A stretch of 64,000 nt of DNA from Candidatus Hydrothermales bacterium (GTDB taxonomy: Bacteria; Hydrothermota; Hydrothermia; Hydrothermales; JAJRUZ01). Below, piece after piece: positions 1 to 9,592 of this stretch. The position numbers and the translations under genes were made by a program. The stretch is taken from contig JBCNUW010000001.1 of the NCBI GenBank assembly GCA_039630575.1, positions 120,473-184,472 of the forward strand, given 5' to 3'. How positions within the stretch are numbered: the first letter of the stretch is position 1; the number at the start of each line of letters is the position of its first letter. The notes beneath the pieces are model-generated. The model saw only the letters and a list, made by a program, of their open reading frames with translations, was not told the origin of the DNA and did no database searches.

Positions 1-463
1 CCCTTATTAAAACATTAGCTATACCAATCCTCTGAAGCATTCCCCTTGAATAAGTTCTTATACTTTTCTTTCCATGATCCTTTAACCCGACCTTTTCAAG
101 TAGCTTTTCAATATTGCTTTTCAATTTTTTTTTCTCTATTCCGTAAAGTTCCCCTGTAAATTCGAGAAATTCATAACCAGAAAGATGATCATAAAAATAG
201 GGCTGTTCAGGCAAAAAACCCATCCTTCTACGAACTTCCTCTTTGTCTGGAGTTAATCCAAAAATTTTTACAATTCCCTCATCAAAGTTTAAAAGGTTAG
301 TTAAAATTTTAATAGTTGTAGTTTTACCAGCACCGTTTGGACCTAAAAAACCTACTATTTCACCTTTTTTAACATTAAAGGAAAGTGAATTTAAAATTTT
401 TCTTCTTTTAAAACCTGATGAAAAGTATTTTGACAAGTTTTCAACATATATAACATTTCCCAT
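1..463 (-). CDS. ABC transporter ATP-binding protein (partial; 3' end runs off the window)
   Basis: Not in the ORF track. Manual translation from ATG at 463: MGNVIYVENLSKYF...GEIVGFLGPNGAGKTTTIKIL (Walker A)...RTYSRGMLQRIGIA (ABC signature). Confidence 0.9.
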   Translation of the reverse strand, partial: MGNVIYVENLSKYFSSGFKRRKILNSLSFNVKKGEIVGFLGPNGAGKTTTIKILTNLLNFDEGIVKIFGLTPDKEEVRRRMGFLPEQPYFYDHLSGYEFLEFTGELYGIEKKKLKSNIEKLLEKVGLKDHGKKSIRTYSRGMLQRIGIANVLIR

Positions 464-465
464 TT

Positions 466-984
466 TTAGGGTAAAATTAGATCTAAAGGTTTTTTGGCTC
501 CAAAAGCACAAATAGTATACCGTACAGCAACTTCACCCTCTGATGTGGTTGATCCGTCATCTTTGTAACCTGTATAGTAAATACACCCACTTGGAGGAAT
601 AGCTGGAGGCCCTACAGGCAAATTGTCAATTGCTTTCACATCAGGTTTAAAAGGATTCCTAAAACTTAAATGGGGCAAAAGTAGAGCCTTTTCAGAGAAT
701 GGCGGAATTCTTCTTCCATCTGCAATTGACTTTTCACCTTCCGGATCATCTGATAACTCAGGATTCACGTCTTTTACTTTTGTATCAATACCACCTGGAT
801 AGTGGCCTTTGGTAATTGTAGCGTAGATCTCAACTACAGTATGAAGTGTATGCATGTTTAATTTTAATGATGCCTCCTTAGCATTATTAACTACTCTAAT
901 ATAATTAACAACTCCTATGGCTGAAAGTATACCGATTAGAGTAACAACAATTAAAAGCTCAATCAATGTAAAGGCAAATTTCAT
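466..984 (-). CDS. Type IV pilin / type II secretion pseudopilin-like protein
   Basis: N-terminus MKFA-FTLIELLIVVTLIGILSAI is a prepilin N-methylation motif with Glu5; Ala replaces the usual Gly at -1. Confidence 0.85.
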   Translation of the reverse strand: MKFAFTLIELLIVVTLIGILSAIGVVNYIRVVNNAKEASLKLNMHTLHTVVEIYATITKGHYPGGIDTKVKDVNPELSDDPEGEKSIADGRRIPPFSEKALLLPHLSFRNPFKPDVKAIDNLPVGPPAIPPSGCIYYTGYKDDGSTTSEGEVAVRYTICAFGAKKPLDLILP

Positions 985-990
985 AAATTA

Positions 991-1019
991 ATTTTATGAA
1001 TTAGAAAATGTAAATTCAA
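991..1019 (-). promoter_or_regulatory. sigma70-type promoter, probably leaderless pilin transcript
   Basis: Minus strand TTGAAT(1019-1014)-N17-TAAAAT(996-991)-N6-ATG; no Shine-Dalgarno. Confidence 0.6.
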
Positions 1020-2314
1020 TCATAAATATTTGTAGAAACCATAACAGAATAAAAGGGAACGGGATCATAGTTTTCAAAATAAAAGAAGTTCCCCTTTAAC
1101 GGATTACTATAAGAAAAAGAAATTAAAAAAGAGGAGTAAAATTTACCCTCCAAGATAATTTTTAAAAGGTAGTTTCTATCAAAAGAGTCAAAGCTTTTAA
1201 TCAAATACAAAAAATAATTTTTCTCTTTGTTTTTAAAAATAAAAAATTTTAAGGAAATCGAGTAAATTTCTTTGTAAAAATCTCTATTCCTTAACATTTT
1301 AAATTTTATAAAAAATCTCAAAAAATCAAAAAAATATAATGTATCACAGGTAAAAATTGAGAAAAAGTTTCCTGAGAGTAATTTAGGCATCTTAAATGGG
1401 TAACTTAGATAAAGATGATTTTCAGAATTAAAATATTCAAAAAGTAATAGAAAGCTACTTTTTTTATATTTAAAACTTAGATCAAACTTTAAACCATTTC
1501 TTTTCATATTTTTTTTATCATCAAAATAATCTGTTAAAGAATCAAAACAAAAAGGAAATAAAGGCTTTTCAATAAAGTAAGAAAATTTAAAGTGTTTAAA
1601 TTTTAAACCACTTTCAAAAGTAAATCTTTTATTTTTTGATTCACTACCTATCTCAATATCAGTGAAATTGAAAAAAAGAGAGGTTTCAATCTTTAAATTA
1701 TTAAAGTTTTTTTTATCCTTTGTTAGAAGAAATTTATAATTTGAAAAAGTTATTGAATAGAAAAAATGATTTAAGTTGTTACGGAAATTTATTCCATATT
1801 TTAATTTTCTTCTCTTCGAATTTTCCTGGGAGTAAAAAATAGAAAAAGAGAGGGGGTTAAAAGTAAATTCAAATTTTTCTAACTTTTGAAAATTGTTAAA
1901 GGGATTAGCATCAAAAATTGAATATTCAAAATTTAAAGGAAAAGGGGTTAATCTAAAAAAGAAGTAATAATTATGTTTTGCAAAGTTATAATACAATTTA
2001 TTTTTATGGATAGAAATAAAAATAAGGGATTTTAATTTATTTTCAAAAAGTGGAAAAAAGGAAGATACATTATTTTGTTCGGTATTAAAAGCACTTCTAA
2101 AAAGTAAAAATCTAGTAATGACACTTTGAGAATCAATTTCAACAAATTTTTGATGAAGATTTTTGTAATAGTAATTAGGTGAAAAATCATTAATTGAATC
2201 GGTATAAAAAAAGGGAACAAAAAGGGGATTTAAAATAAAAAGAGGATTACCAGAAAAGAAGTCAGGTTCTTTAAATTCGAGAAAATACAAAAATATTAAA
2301 ACATGAATACCCAT
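1016..2314 (-). CDS. Hypothetical Phe-rich protein, possibly an outer-membrane beta-barrel
   Basis: 432-aa ORF with hydrophobic N-terminus and alternating aromatic/polar strands; no recognised motif. Confidence 0.5.
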   Translation of the reverse strand: MGIHVLIFLYFLEFKEPDFFSGNPLFILNPLFVPFFYTDSINDFSPNYYYKNLHQKFVEIDSQSVITRFLLFRSAFNTEQNNVSSFFPLFENKLKSLIFISIHKNKLYYNFAKHNYYFFFRLTPFPLNFEYSIFDANPFNNFQKLEKFEFTFNPLSFSIFYSQENSKRRKLKYGINFRNNLNHFFYSITFSNYKFLLTKDKKNFNNLKIETSLFFNFTDIEIGSESKNKRFTFESGLKFKHFKFSYFIEKPLFPFCFDSLTDYFDDKKNMKRNGLKFDLSFKYKKSSFLLLFEYFNSENHLYLSYPFKMPKLLSGNFFSIFTCDTLYFFDFLRFFIKFKMLRNRDFYKEIYSISLKFFIFKNKEKNYFLYLIKSFDSFDRNYLLKIILEGKFYSSFLISFSYSNPLKGNFFYFENYDPVPFYSVMVSTNIYD

Positions 2315-2371
2315 CTTTTTATTCCATAAAATTTATTTCAAGTTAACATAAGATATCTTATCTTGACTAAA

Positions 2372-2905
2372 TCAGAAGCCCTTTACCAAAACAACAGCAT
2401 CCTCTCCGTCAATCTCCTTCAACCTTACATCTATTATCTCGTCCCTCGATGTCGGTATCCTCCTACCAACATAATCAGGATGAATTGGCAACTCCCTATG
2501 ACCCCTGTCTACCATCACCAATAACTCAACTTTCTTCGGCCTACCATAATCCAACAAAACATCTATCGCACACCTTATCGTCCTACCTGTATATATCACA
2601 TCATCCACTAATATTATCTTTTCATCATCAACTGAAAAAGGTATATTTGTCTCCTTAACCTCTGGCTGCTCATATAACTTCATTAAATCATCCCTATAAA
2701 AAGTTATATCAACAGTTCCCATCTCAATAACTTTCTTTGTCCTTAACTCAAGATTCTCCTTTAATCGACCAGCAAGATAAACACCCCTTGTATGAATCCC
2801 TATTAACTTAACATCACCCTCTGGATGCCTCTCAAGAATTTCTGAACAAAGCCTCTCTATTATCATTAAAAATTTTTTAGAATCAATCAACTTTTTTTGA
2901 ATCAT
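2372..2905 (-). CDS. pyrR: Bifunctional pyrimidine regulatory protein / uracil phosphoribosyltransferase PyrR
   Basis: GIHTRG, DITFYRDD, LVDDVIYTGRTIR and DRGHRELPIHPDYVG motifs. Confidence 0.95.
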   Translation of the reverse strand: MIQKKLIDSKKFLMIIERLCSEILERHPEGDVKLIGIHTRGVYLAGRLKENLELRTKKVIEMGTVDITFYRDDLMKLYEQPEVKETNIPFSVDDEKIILVDDVIYTGRTIRCAIDVLLDYGRPKKVELLVMVDRGHRELPIHPDYVGRRIPTSRDEIIDVRLKEIDGEDAVVLVKGF

Positions 2906-4613
2906 CCAAAATCCCCTCCTTTAATTCAATACCCAACTCCTCAAGTTGCTCCCGATAAACTCGAGAAGGACAATTCTCAAGAAGCCCAACCCCTTGCGCT
3001 GTCTTTGGAAAAGCTATTACATCCCTTATACTTTTTTCAAATGACAAAATCATTATTATTCTGTCAAAACCAAGAGCTATACCTCCATGAGGAGGCGCAC
3101 CATAAGAAAGAGACCTCAATAAAAAACCAAACCTATCCTCTACTTCCTCCTCAGTATACCCAAGAAACCTAAAAATTTCCCTCTGCAACTCAGGATCACT
3201 TATTCTTATACTACCTGAACCAATCTCAAAACCATTTAAAACAAGATCATACGACCTTGCTCTTGCCTTCATTGGCTCCATATACCAGAAATCATCCTTT
3301 GGCATTGTAAATGGATGATGTGCCGATACAAAACATCCGTGCTCGTCCTTCTCAAATAGAGGAAAATCAGTAATCCATAAAAACTTAAATTCTTTTTTTT
3401 CATCCTCATTCTTTTTTATCTCTTCTATAACCTTTTCTCTTAACTTTTCACATAAACTTTTTATAATTTCATCCTCTCCACCAATTACAAACCTTGTTCC
3501 CTCTCTCTTAAAACTTTCTATACTCAAAAGCTTCTTTAAAGTTCCTCTTATTTCACTTCCCTCTAAAATACCCCACATAAAAACCGATTGTCCCTCTCTT
3601 TTAATCTCTTGAGCTAAATTATCTATAAACTTTCTTGAAAATTTAAATGGAAAAAAGATACTTTTAATATTTTTATAATTTTTAAAAACTTCTACCTGTC
3701 CAAGAATATCTTTATAATCTTCAAATTTATAATCAAACCTTAAATCAGGTTTATCCGTACCGTATAAATTTAAAACATTTTCATAAGTCATTCTATCAAA
3801 GGGTATTTTTAATTCAATTTTAAAAATTTCTTTAAATACTTGATAAAAAATTCTTTCTACACAATTAAATATATCTTCTTCAGTAACAAAAGCCATTTCA
3901 ATATCGAGTTGAGTAAACTCTGGTTGTCTGTCCTTTCTAAAATCTTCGTCTCTAAAGCATCTTGCAAATTGAAAATATCTATCAAATTGAGAGACCATTA
4001 GAATTTGTTTATACATTTGAGGTGATTGAGTCAGTGCATAGAATTTACCTTTATGAATTCTTGAAGGAACAAGAAAATCCCTTGCACCTTCTGGTGTACT
4101 CTTGGAAAGATAAGGAGTTTCAACCTCAATAAAACCCATTTCAATTAATGTTTTTGTAATTATGTATTTAACATTACTCCTTAATTTAAAAACTTCTTTC
4201 TTTTTTTCACTCCTTAAATCTAAAAACCTATAGAAAAGTTTTGTTTCTTCAAAAACTTCTTTTTCCTCATCTGGTAAAAAGGGGAGTGTTTTGGACTTTG
4301 AAAAAACCTCGATCTCCTTTGCTAAAACCTCAATCTCTCCTGTTTTCATTTCTGGATTTTTATCTTTCTCTGGTCTTTCTCTTACCAACCCATTGACTTT
4401 TAAAGTTGAATAAAGAGATAAACTTTTTACCTTATTTTTCAGTTCCTCGTTTTCTATCACAACCTGAACTTCCCCCTCCCTATCCTCAAGGACAAAAAAT
4501 AGAATTTTTCCAATATCTCTCTTTCTTTTAAGCCACCCACAAAGGTTAACCTCTTTGCCTAAATAACCAATATTTAAATCACCACAAAAACAACTTCTCA
4601 ATTCAGTTCTCAT
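2883..4613 (-). CDS. aspS: Aspartate--tRNA ligase
   Basis: N-terminal OB fold, STPEGARDFLVPSR, CFRDED..DRQPEFTQLDIE, HHPFT, GAPPHGGIALGFDR. Confidence 0.97.
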   Translation of the reverse strand: MRTELRSCFCGDLNIGYLGKEVNLCGWLKRKRDIGKILFFVLEDREGEVQVVIENEELKNKVKSLSLYSTLKVNGLVRERPEKDKNPEMKTGEIEVLAKEIEVFSKSKTLPFLPDEEKEVFEETKLFYRFLDLRSEKKKEVFKLRSNVKYIITKTLIEMGFIEVETPYLSKSTPEGARDFLVPSRIHKGKFYALTQSPQMYKQILMVSQFDRYFQFARCFRDEDFRKDRQPEFTQLDIEMAFVTEEDIFNCVERIFYQVFKEIFKIELKIPFDRMTYENVLNLYGTDKPDLRFDYKFEDYKDILGQVEVFKNYKNIKSIFFPFKFSRKFIDNLAQEIKREGQSVFMWGILEGSEIRGTLKKLLSIESFKREGTRFVIGGEDEIIKSLCEKLREKVIEEIKKNEDEKKEFKFLWITDFPLFEKDEHGCFVSAHHPFTMPKDDFWYMEPMKARARSYDLVLNGFEIGSGSIRISDPELQREIFRFLGYTEEEVEDRFGFLLRSLSYGAPPHGGIALGFDRIIMILSFEKSIRDVIAFPKTAQGVGLLENCPSRVYREQLEELGIELKEGILDDSKKVD

Positions 4614-5700
4614 TTCTTCTCCATATCAGGTAAATATCTGATTTAAAAACCTTATAATATTTAAGCTTAAAACCTTCTAAAAAATTATCTAATTTTAAAT
4701 CCTTAAGTGGTGAAATCCCGTCTCCAGCAATTTTACCAGAGCACGAAATATGTATTTCATCGAAAAGTTTCTCCTTTAAAAAAGAGGATAAGACAGTGCT
4801 TCCACCTTCAACTAAAAGAGAAACTACATTCATTTCGTAAAGTTTCTTAACAAAATTACTTAAATTTACTCTATTTTTACCCTTTATTTTAAGAATAAAA
4901 TCTGAGTAATTACCTTCATAATCTTCTGAGACAACTAAAATACCTTTTTCCTCTTTAAAGAATTCGCTTTCAAAATGTTCAAATTTATCCTTACCCCATA
5001 TTATAAATCTAAAGGGCTTTCTAAATGAAAATACGTTTCTTGGTGTTAATTTTGGGTTATCCTTTAAGAAAGTTCCTTTTCCTACAAGAATTGCATCGTA
5101 ATTTCCCCTCAGATAGTGAACAAATTCTCTTTCCTCTTCACTTGATATCCATTTTGAAGTCCCATCCTTTAGGGCAATTTTCCCATCGATTGTCATGGCA
5201 AACTTTAGTGTTATATAGGGTCTTTTTTTTATCTTATATGTAAGATAGAACCTATTTATTTCCTCACACTCTTCTTTAAGCACTCCTAATCTAATTTTTA
5301 TATTATTTTTTTTTAGATATTCAATCCCTTTTCCATTCACTCTCTCATCTGGATCGATACACCCTATAATAACTTCTTTAATTTTTTTTTCAACAATATA
5401 TGTAGCACAAGGTGGTGTTCTTCCGTAGTGAATACAGGGTTCAAGATTTATATACAAAGTGGCACCGTCAATTTCTGGAGGCATATAATCAAGAGCCATC
5501 CTTTCAGCATGTTTAGTTCCAGGACCCATATGGTAACCAATAGATAAAATCCTTTTGTCTTTAACAACAAGAGCCCCCACCATTGGATTAGGTGATACTC
5601 TTCCCTCTCCCAACTTAGCCAATTCTAAAACTTTGCTCATATAATATTCATCTTCGTTTAAAAGAAACTTTTCTTGGTTTTTAAAATCAAAAATATTCAC
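4603..5700 (-). CDS. ribD: Riboflavin biosynthesis deaminase/reductase RibD
   Basis: PNPMVGA, HAE, LEPCxHxGRTPPC and LLVEGG motifs. Confidence 0.95.
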   Translation of the reverse strand: MNIFDFKNQEKFLLNEDEYYMSKVLELAKLGEGRVSPNPMVGALVVKDKRILSIGYHMGPGTKHAERMALDYMPPEIDGATLYINLEPCIHYGRTPPCATYIVEKKIKEVIIGCIDPDERVNGKGIEYLKKNNIKIRLGVLKEECEEINRFYLTYKIKKRPYITLKFAMTIDGKIALKDGTSKWISSEEEREFVHYLRGNYDAILVGKGTFLKDNPKLTPRNVFSFRKPFRFIIWGKDKFEHFESEFFKEEKGILVVSEDYEGNYSDFILKIKGKNRVNLSNFVKKLYEMNVVSLLVEGGSTVLSSFLKEKLFDEIHISCSGKIAGDGISPLKDLKLDNFLEGFKLKYYKVFKSDIYLIWRRNEN

Positions 5701-5712
5701 ATTTTATAAAGC

Positions 5713-7830
5713 TTAAAACCTAATTGTAAGAGGAACCCAAACAGCCATAGGATTTCCAAACTGGTCTTTAGCAGGTTCAAAAATATAGCCCTTTGCCGCC
5801 TCTACTGCTGAGTTATCAAGAAAATCATATCCGCTACTTTTTAAAATCTTAACATCTTTTACCTTGCCATTCTCATCTACCAAAACTCTCAAAAGAACAC
5901 TGCCTCTTGCTCCTAACTTCCTCGCTATATCTGGATATGTTGGTTTAACCTCCTGCTTTACAACAGGTAAAACAGTAGGAATAGCCTGTTGAGGAGGTGG
6001 AGCCTCCTCCGGTTTTTCTTTCTCTTCAATTGGAGCTAAAGGTTCCTCTTCAACTGGTTTTTCAGAAACTGGAGGTTCTTCTTTCTTTACTGCCTCTTCT
6101 GCAATCCTTTTCTGTAAAATTTCTTCAGCTGTTATTTCAGGTTTAGGAACTACTTGAGGTTTTGGTTCCTCAGGTTTAATAGCTACTGTCTCAGTTTTTC
6201 TTATTTTTTCTTCTTCAAAGGTAATTTCTTCTTTAGTTCCTACTTCCTCTTCTTTTTTAACAATTTCAAAACTTACTCTCTCTACTCTTTCTTGAGTAGG
6301 GATCCAAACTATGTCAAGGTTGGAAACAACCAGTTCAAGTGGGAAATTATCTATGTTTTTAACTCTATTAGAGAAAGCAAAAATCTCCTGAGGAACTACT
6401 AAGGGTGTAACTGGTAAATCCTCTAATAAAATTTTTTGAACAAGTCTTAACATTTTTTTAGCATTTTTTCTATTTAAGGTCATCATTGATGAATTTAAAA
6501 GAGAATCAACTTTCTTGTTACTGTAACCCATAAAATTAAAGATTCCATCCGTGCTGAAAAGTGGGCTTATATCAGCCTTTTCATTTAAAGGGTAAGAGAG
6601 AATAAAAATATCAAAATCAAAATTAATCAATTTTGATATGAATGAGAAAGGATCAAGTGGCAAAAGATTAACTTTTATAAGTTCTGTTTTTTCTAGGTCA
6701 TTTTTTATAATTTCTGTAATTTTTTCATATATTTTTTGAGTATTATCGTAAATCAGATTTATTACAAAAGGTTTTCTTTTTGTGTATCCCATCTGATTCA
6801 AAATAGAAACTGTTTCATCCAAGTTAGCTCTTTTTAAATCTATTAGGTTGCTATCATAAGCCCAAATTGAAGGTGGAATTATTGATTTAGCTTTTAACCC
6901 ATAACCTTTAAAAACACTTTTTATAATATCATCAACATTTATTAAACCTGAAATTTTAGACCTTAATTCAATATTATCAAAGGGTTTTCTTTTTGTATTC
7001 CATCCAACAAAAATTACTCTATTTGACTCGTAATTTTTAATTTTGCCATTTTTATAATCTCTTAATCCATCCATAATCACTTCTGGAATAAGTGAAAAAC
7101 CTACATCCACAATATCCATTTTTAGCGCTTCAGCTACATCAAAAGGTGTGGGATATATTTTAAAAACTATTTTATCTAAGTAGCCTGTTTTTTCAAAATA
7201 TTCATCAAACTTTTCAAGAGTGAGAAAATCGCCCCTTTTGTATTCGGTGACTCTGTATGGACCGTTACCAACAGGTTTATAAAAAAATTCAGAATTTCTT
7301 ATATCTTCCACATCCTTAAGTATATGTTCAGGTAAGGGATATATTTCACAGTCAATGAGCTGAGAGGAATATGTATTTGTAAACTCTATTTTTAAAACAT
7401 GATCAGACAATTTTTCTATTTTTCTAATAAATTGAAAGTTTGCTCTCAAAAGTGAAGTTGAACCTGGAGAAGTTATGACCTTATAGGAAAATATAAAATC
7501 TGCTGCAGTAACTGGTTTTCCATCATGCCACTTTGCGTCTTTTCTTAAATAAAAGGTTATAGTTTTTAAATCTTCAGAAAATTCCCATTCACTTGCAATT
7601 CCTGGATAAACCCTGTTTTTTTCAACTCTTATTAGTGGACAAAAGATTAGATCGAATATTGAATTATCCTGTCTTGGTGAAGGGAAAATGGGTATTAAGG
7701 ACTCGAAATCCTGCACAATTCCTATTCCCAAAACTCCTCCTTTTTCCGGATTTTTTGGAATTTCCCTTCCTAATCTAACACAGAAGTTAATATAAAAAAT
7801 GGTAAAAATTAAAAAAATAAACCTTAACAT
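5713..7830 (-). CDS. Family 5 (peptide/nickel) ABC substrate-binding protein fused to a TonB C-terminal domain
   Basis: Lipoprotein-like N-terminus (Cys17); SBP motifs ASEWEFSEDLKTITFYLRKDAKWHDGKPVTAADF and PVGNGPY; Glu/Lys/Pro-rich linker; TonB_C PTYPDIARKLGARGSVLLRVLVDENGKV...SSG...LDNSAVEA...FEPA...VPLTIRF. Confidence 0.85.
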   Translation of the reverse strand: MLRFIFLIFTIFYINFCVRLGREIPKNPEKGGVLGIGIVQDFESLIPIFPSPRQDNSIFDLIFCPLIRVEKNRVYPGIASEWEFSEDLKTITFYLRKDAKWHDGKPVTAADFIFSYKVITSPGSTSLLRANFQFIRKIEKLSDHVLKIEFTNTYSSQLIDCEIYPLPEHILKDVEDIRNSEFFYKPVGNGPYRVTEYKRGDFLTLEKFDEYFEKTGYLDKIVFKIYPTPFDVAEALKMDIVDVGFSLIPEVIMDGLRDYKNGKIKNYESNRVIFVGWNTKRKPFDNIELRSKISGLINVDDIIKSVFKGYGLKAKSIIPPSIWAYDSNLIDLKRANLDETVSILNQMGYTKRKPFVINLIYDNTQKIYEKITEIIKNDLEKTELIKVNLLPLDPFSFISKLINFDFDIFILSYPLNEKADISPLFSTDGIFNFMGYSNKKVDSLLNSSMMTLNRKNAKKMLRLVQKILLEDLPVTPLVVPQEIFAFSNRVKNIDNFPLELVVSNLDIVWIPTQERVERVSFEIVKKEEEVGTKEEITFEEEKIRKTETVAIKPEEPKPQVVPKPEITAEEILQKRIAEEAVKKEEPPVSEKPVEEEPLAPIEEKEKPEEAPPPQQAIPTVLPVVKQEVKPTYPDIARKLGARGSVLLRVLVDENGKVKDVKILKSSGYDFLDNSAVEAAKGYIFEPAKDQFGNPMAVWVPLTIRF

Positions 7831-7847
7831 AATTAACCTCCTTTTTA

Positions 7848-8606
7848 TTATTTTAAAGTAAAAATATTATAATTTGTAAAATTTAAAGGGTCTACAGGAA
7901 AACCTCTATCCCATAATTCAAAATGTAAGTGTGGTCCAGTGCTTCTTCCTGTATTTCCTACTTTACCTAAAATTTCTCCTCTTTTAACCCACTCACCTTT
8001 TCTAACTGTTATTTCTTTTAAATGTCCATAAAAAGTTTTTATGCCATTTTTATGATCAACCCATAAATAAAGTCCAAAATCTTCATCAATACCTTTTTCT
8101 TTAACAATTCCTTCAAGGGGCGATTTCACTGGTGTCCCAAGAGGAGCTACAATATCAACACCTGGATGGATAGGAGAAAAGAAATTACTTATTAGTCCTT
8201 TAACAGGAAGATCAAAATAAAAAGTTAACCCTTTAAATTCCCTTTTACTTAAATCATAACTAAATGTATCTTCTAATTTTAAAACCTCTTTTAAAACTTT
8301 TTCTGGTTTTAAAAGATTTTCAAGCTGACTCGAAAAGGCAACAAATTTTTGAAGTTTTTTCTCGATTTCTATTATTTTTTTCTCTTGATGTTTTGCCTTT
8401 TGTACCTCATACTCAAGTAATTTCATCTTAGTAAAATTACTAAACATCCAAATTGAAAAAATCAATGAAAAAATTAGAAAAGAAAAAATAAAAAATAAAA
8501 AACCTCTTAAAAAATTAAGAATTAAAGGAGATAAATAAATTTGTCTTACTTTAGATGATCCCTCAGGTATAATTTTTAAAAATAACCCTTTTTCCCTTTT
8601 CCTCAA
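7848..8606 (-). CDS. M23 family metallopeptidase with N-terminal membrane anchor and coiled coil
   Basis: HPGVD, YGHL and GRSTGPHLHFE motifs. Confidence 0.9.
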   Translation of the reverse strand: MRKREKGLFLKIIPEGSSKVRQIYLSPLILNFLRGFLFFIFSFLIFSLIFSIWMFSNFTKMKLLEYEVQKAKHQEKKIIEIEKKLQKFVAFSSQLENLLKPEKVLKEVLKLEDTFSYDLSKREFKGLTFYFDLPVKGLISNFFSPIHPGVDIVAPLGTPVKSPLEGIVKEKGIDEDFGLYLWVDHKNGIKTFYGHLKEITVRKGEWVKRGEILGKVGNTGRSTGPHLHFELWDRGFPVDPLNFTNYNIFTLK

Positions 8607-9592
8607 TTTGACGGGGGTTCCTCAATTATTGCGTTTATGAGTTTATATACCTCTTCCAAATCACTTCTTAGAATAAGAGAAGAAGGTGAGTGAGAGTATC
8701 TTACCGGTATTGTTATTGTAATTGTAGGAATACCACCTCTTGCGGTTTGTATAGAAAAAGCATCTGTTACACCATAGCTTCCGGCATCTCTCTGAACCTT
8801 GATACCTCTTTTTTTTGCAAGATTCTCAAGATAACTGATAAGCTTTAAAGGAAATACAGTCCTTGAATCCATCACCCTGATTCCAGCACCACCTCCTAAT
8901 TTAAAAGACCTCTCTGGTTCTGTATAGGTATCTCCAGTTGTCGATACATCCACTGTAAAAACAAAATCTGTTTCAATATATTCAGAAAAAACTCTCGCAC
9001 CTCTCAAACCCAATTCCTCCTGTACATTAAAAACAAAATATAGGTCTCTTTCAAAACTTTCATTTTCTAAGAGTAAATTCACAAGTACACTCACACCTGC
9101 TCTATTATCAAGATTTCTCGCAATTATTTTGTTATCTTGAATAACAAAACTTGAATATATAACTGCGGGTTCCCCTATTGAAACAGCTTTAAGAGCCTCC
9201 TCTTTTGATTCACATCCTATATCAATAATTATTTCTTCAAAACTATTTACATCCTGTTTTTTCCAGTTTTTTCCGTTAAATACCCCAACAACACCGCTTT
9301 TAAATATAACCATATGTCCTGTGTATAGGTGAGGGTAGACAGTTCCTACAGGTGAACACTTTAAAAATCCCCTCTTATCAGCATCAACACAAACTATTCC
9401 TATTTCATCAATATGAGCTGAAAAAGTAATAGTAGGTTTCTTTCCTTTATTGTAAATTACCAAATTTCCAAACCTATCCTCTTTTATGTCAAATTTCTTT
9501 CCTTTGAGAAACTCTTTAATTTTCTCCTTTACTTCTCCTTCAAAACCCGACGGTCCGAAAACTTCACATAATTCCCTTAAAATCCTCTCCAT
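8603..9592 (-). CDS. M42 family aminopeptidase
   Basis: GPSGFE, AHIDEIG, LDNRAG, QEELGLRGA, RYSHS. Confidence 0.9.
   Translation of the reverse strand: MERILRELCEVFGPSGFEGEVKEKIKEFLKGKKFDIKEDRFGNLVIYNKGKKPTITFSAHIDEIGIVCVDADKRGFLKCSPVGTVYPHLYTGHMVIFKSGVVGVFNGKNWKKQDVNSFEEIIIDIGCESKEEALKAVSIGEPAVIYSSFVIQDNKIIARNLDNRAGVSVLVNLLLENESFERDLYFVFNVQEELGLRGARVFSEYIETDFVFTVDVSTTGDTYTEPERSFKLGGGAGIRVMDSRTVFPLKLISYLENLAKKRGIKVQRDAGSYGVTDAFSIQTARGGIPTITITIPVRYSHSPSSLILRSDLEEVYKLINAIIEEPPSN

Noticed and set aside
243..515. 90-aa plus-strand ORF from the track
   Set aside because: It is the antisense shadow of the minus-strand ABC ATPase (1-463).
466..984. Pilin as a short aromatic-rich 'e-pilin'
   Set aside because: It is 172 aa with a full globular domain and no striking aromatic density.
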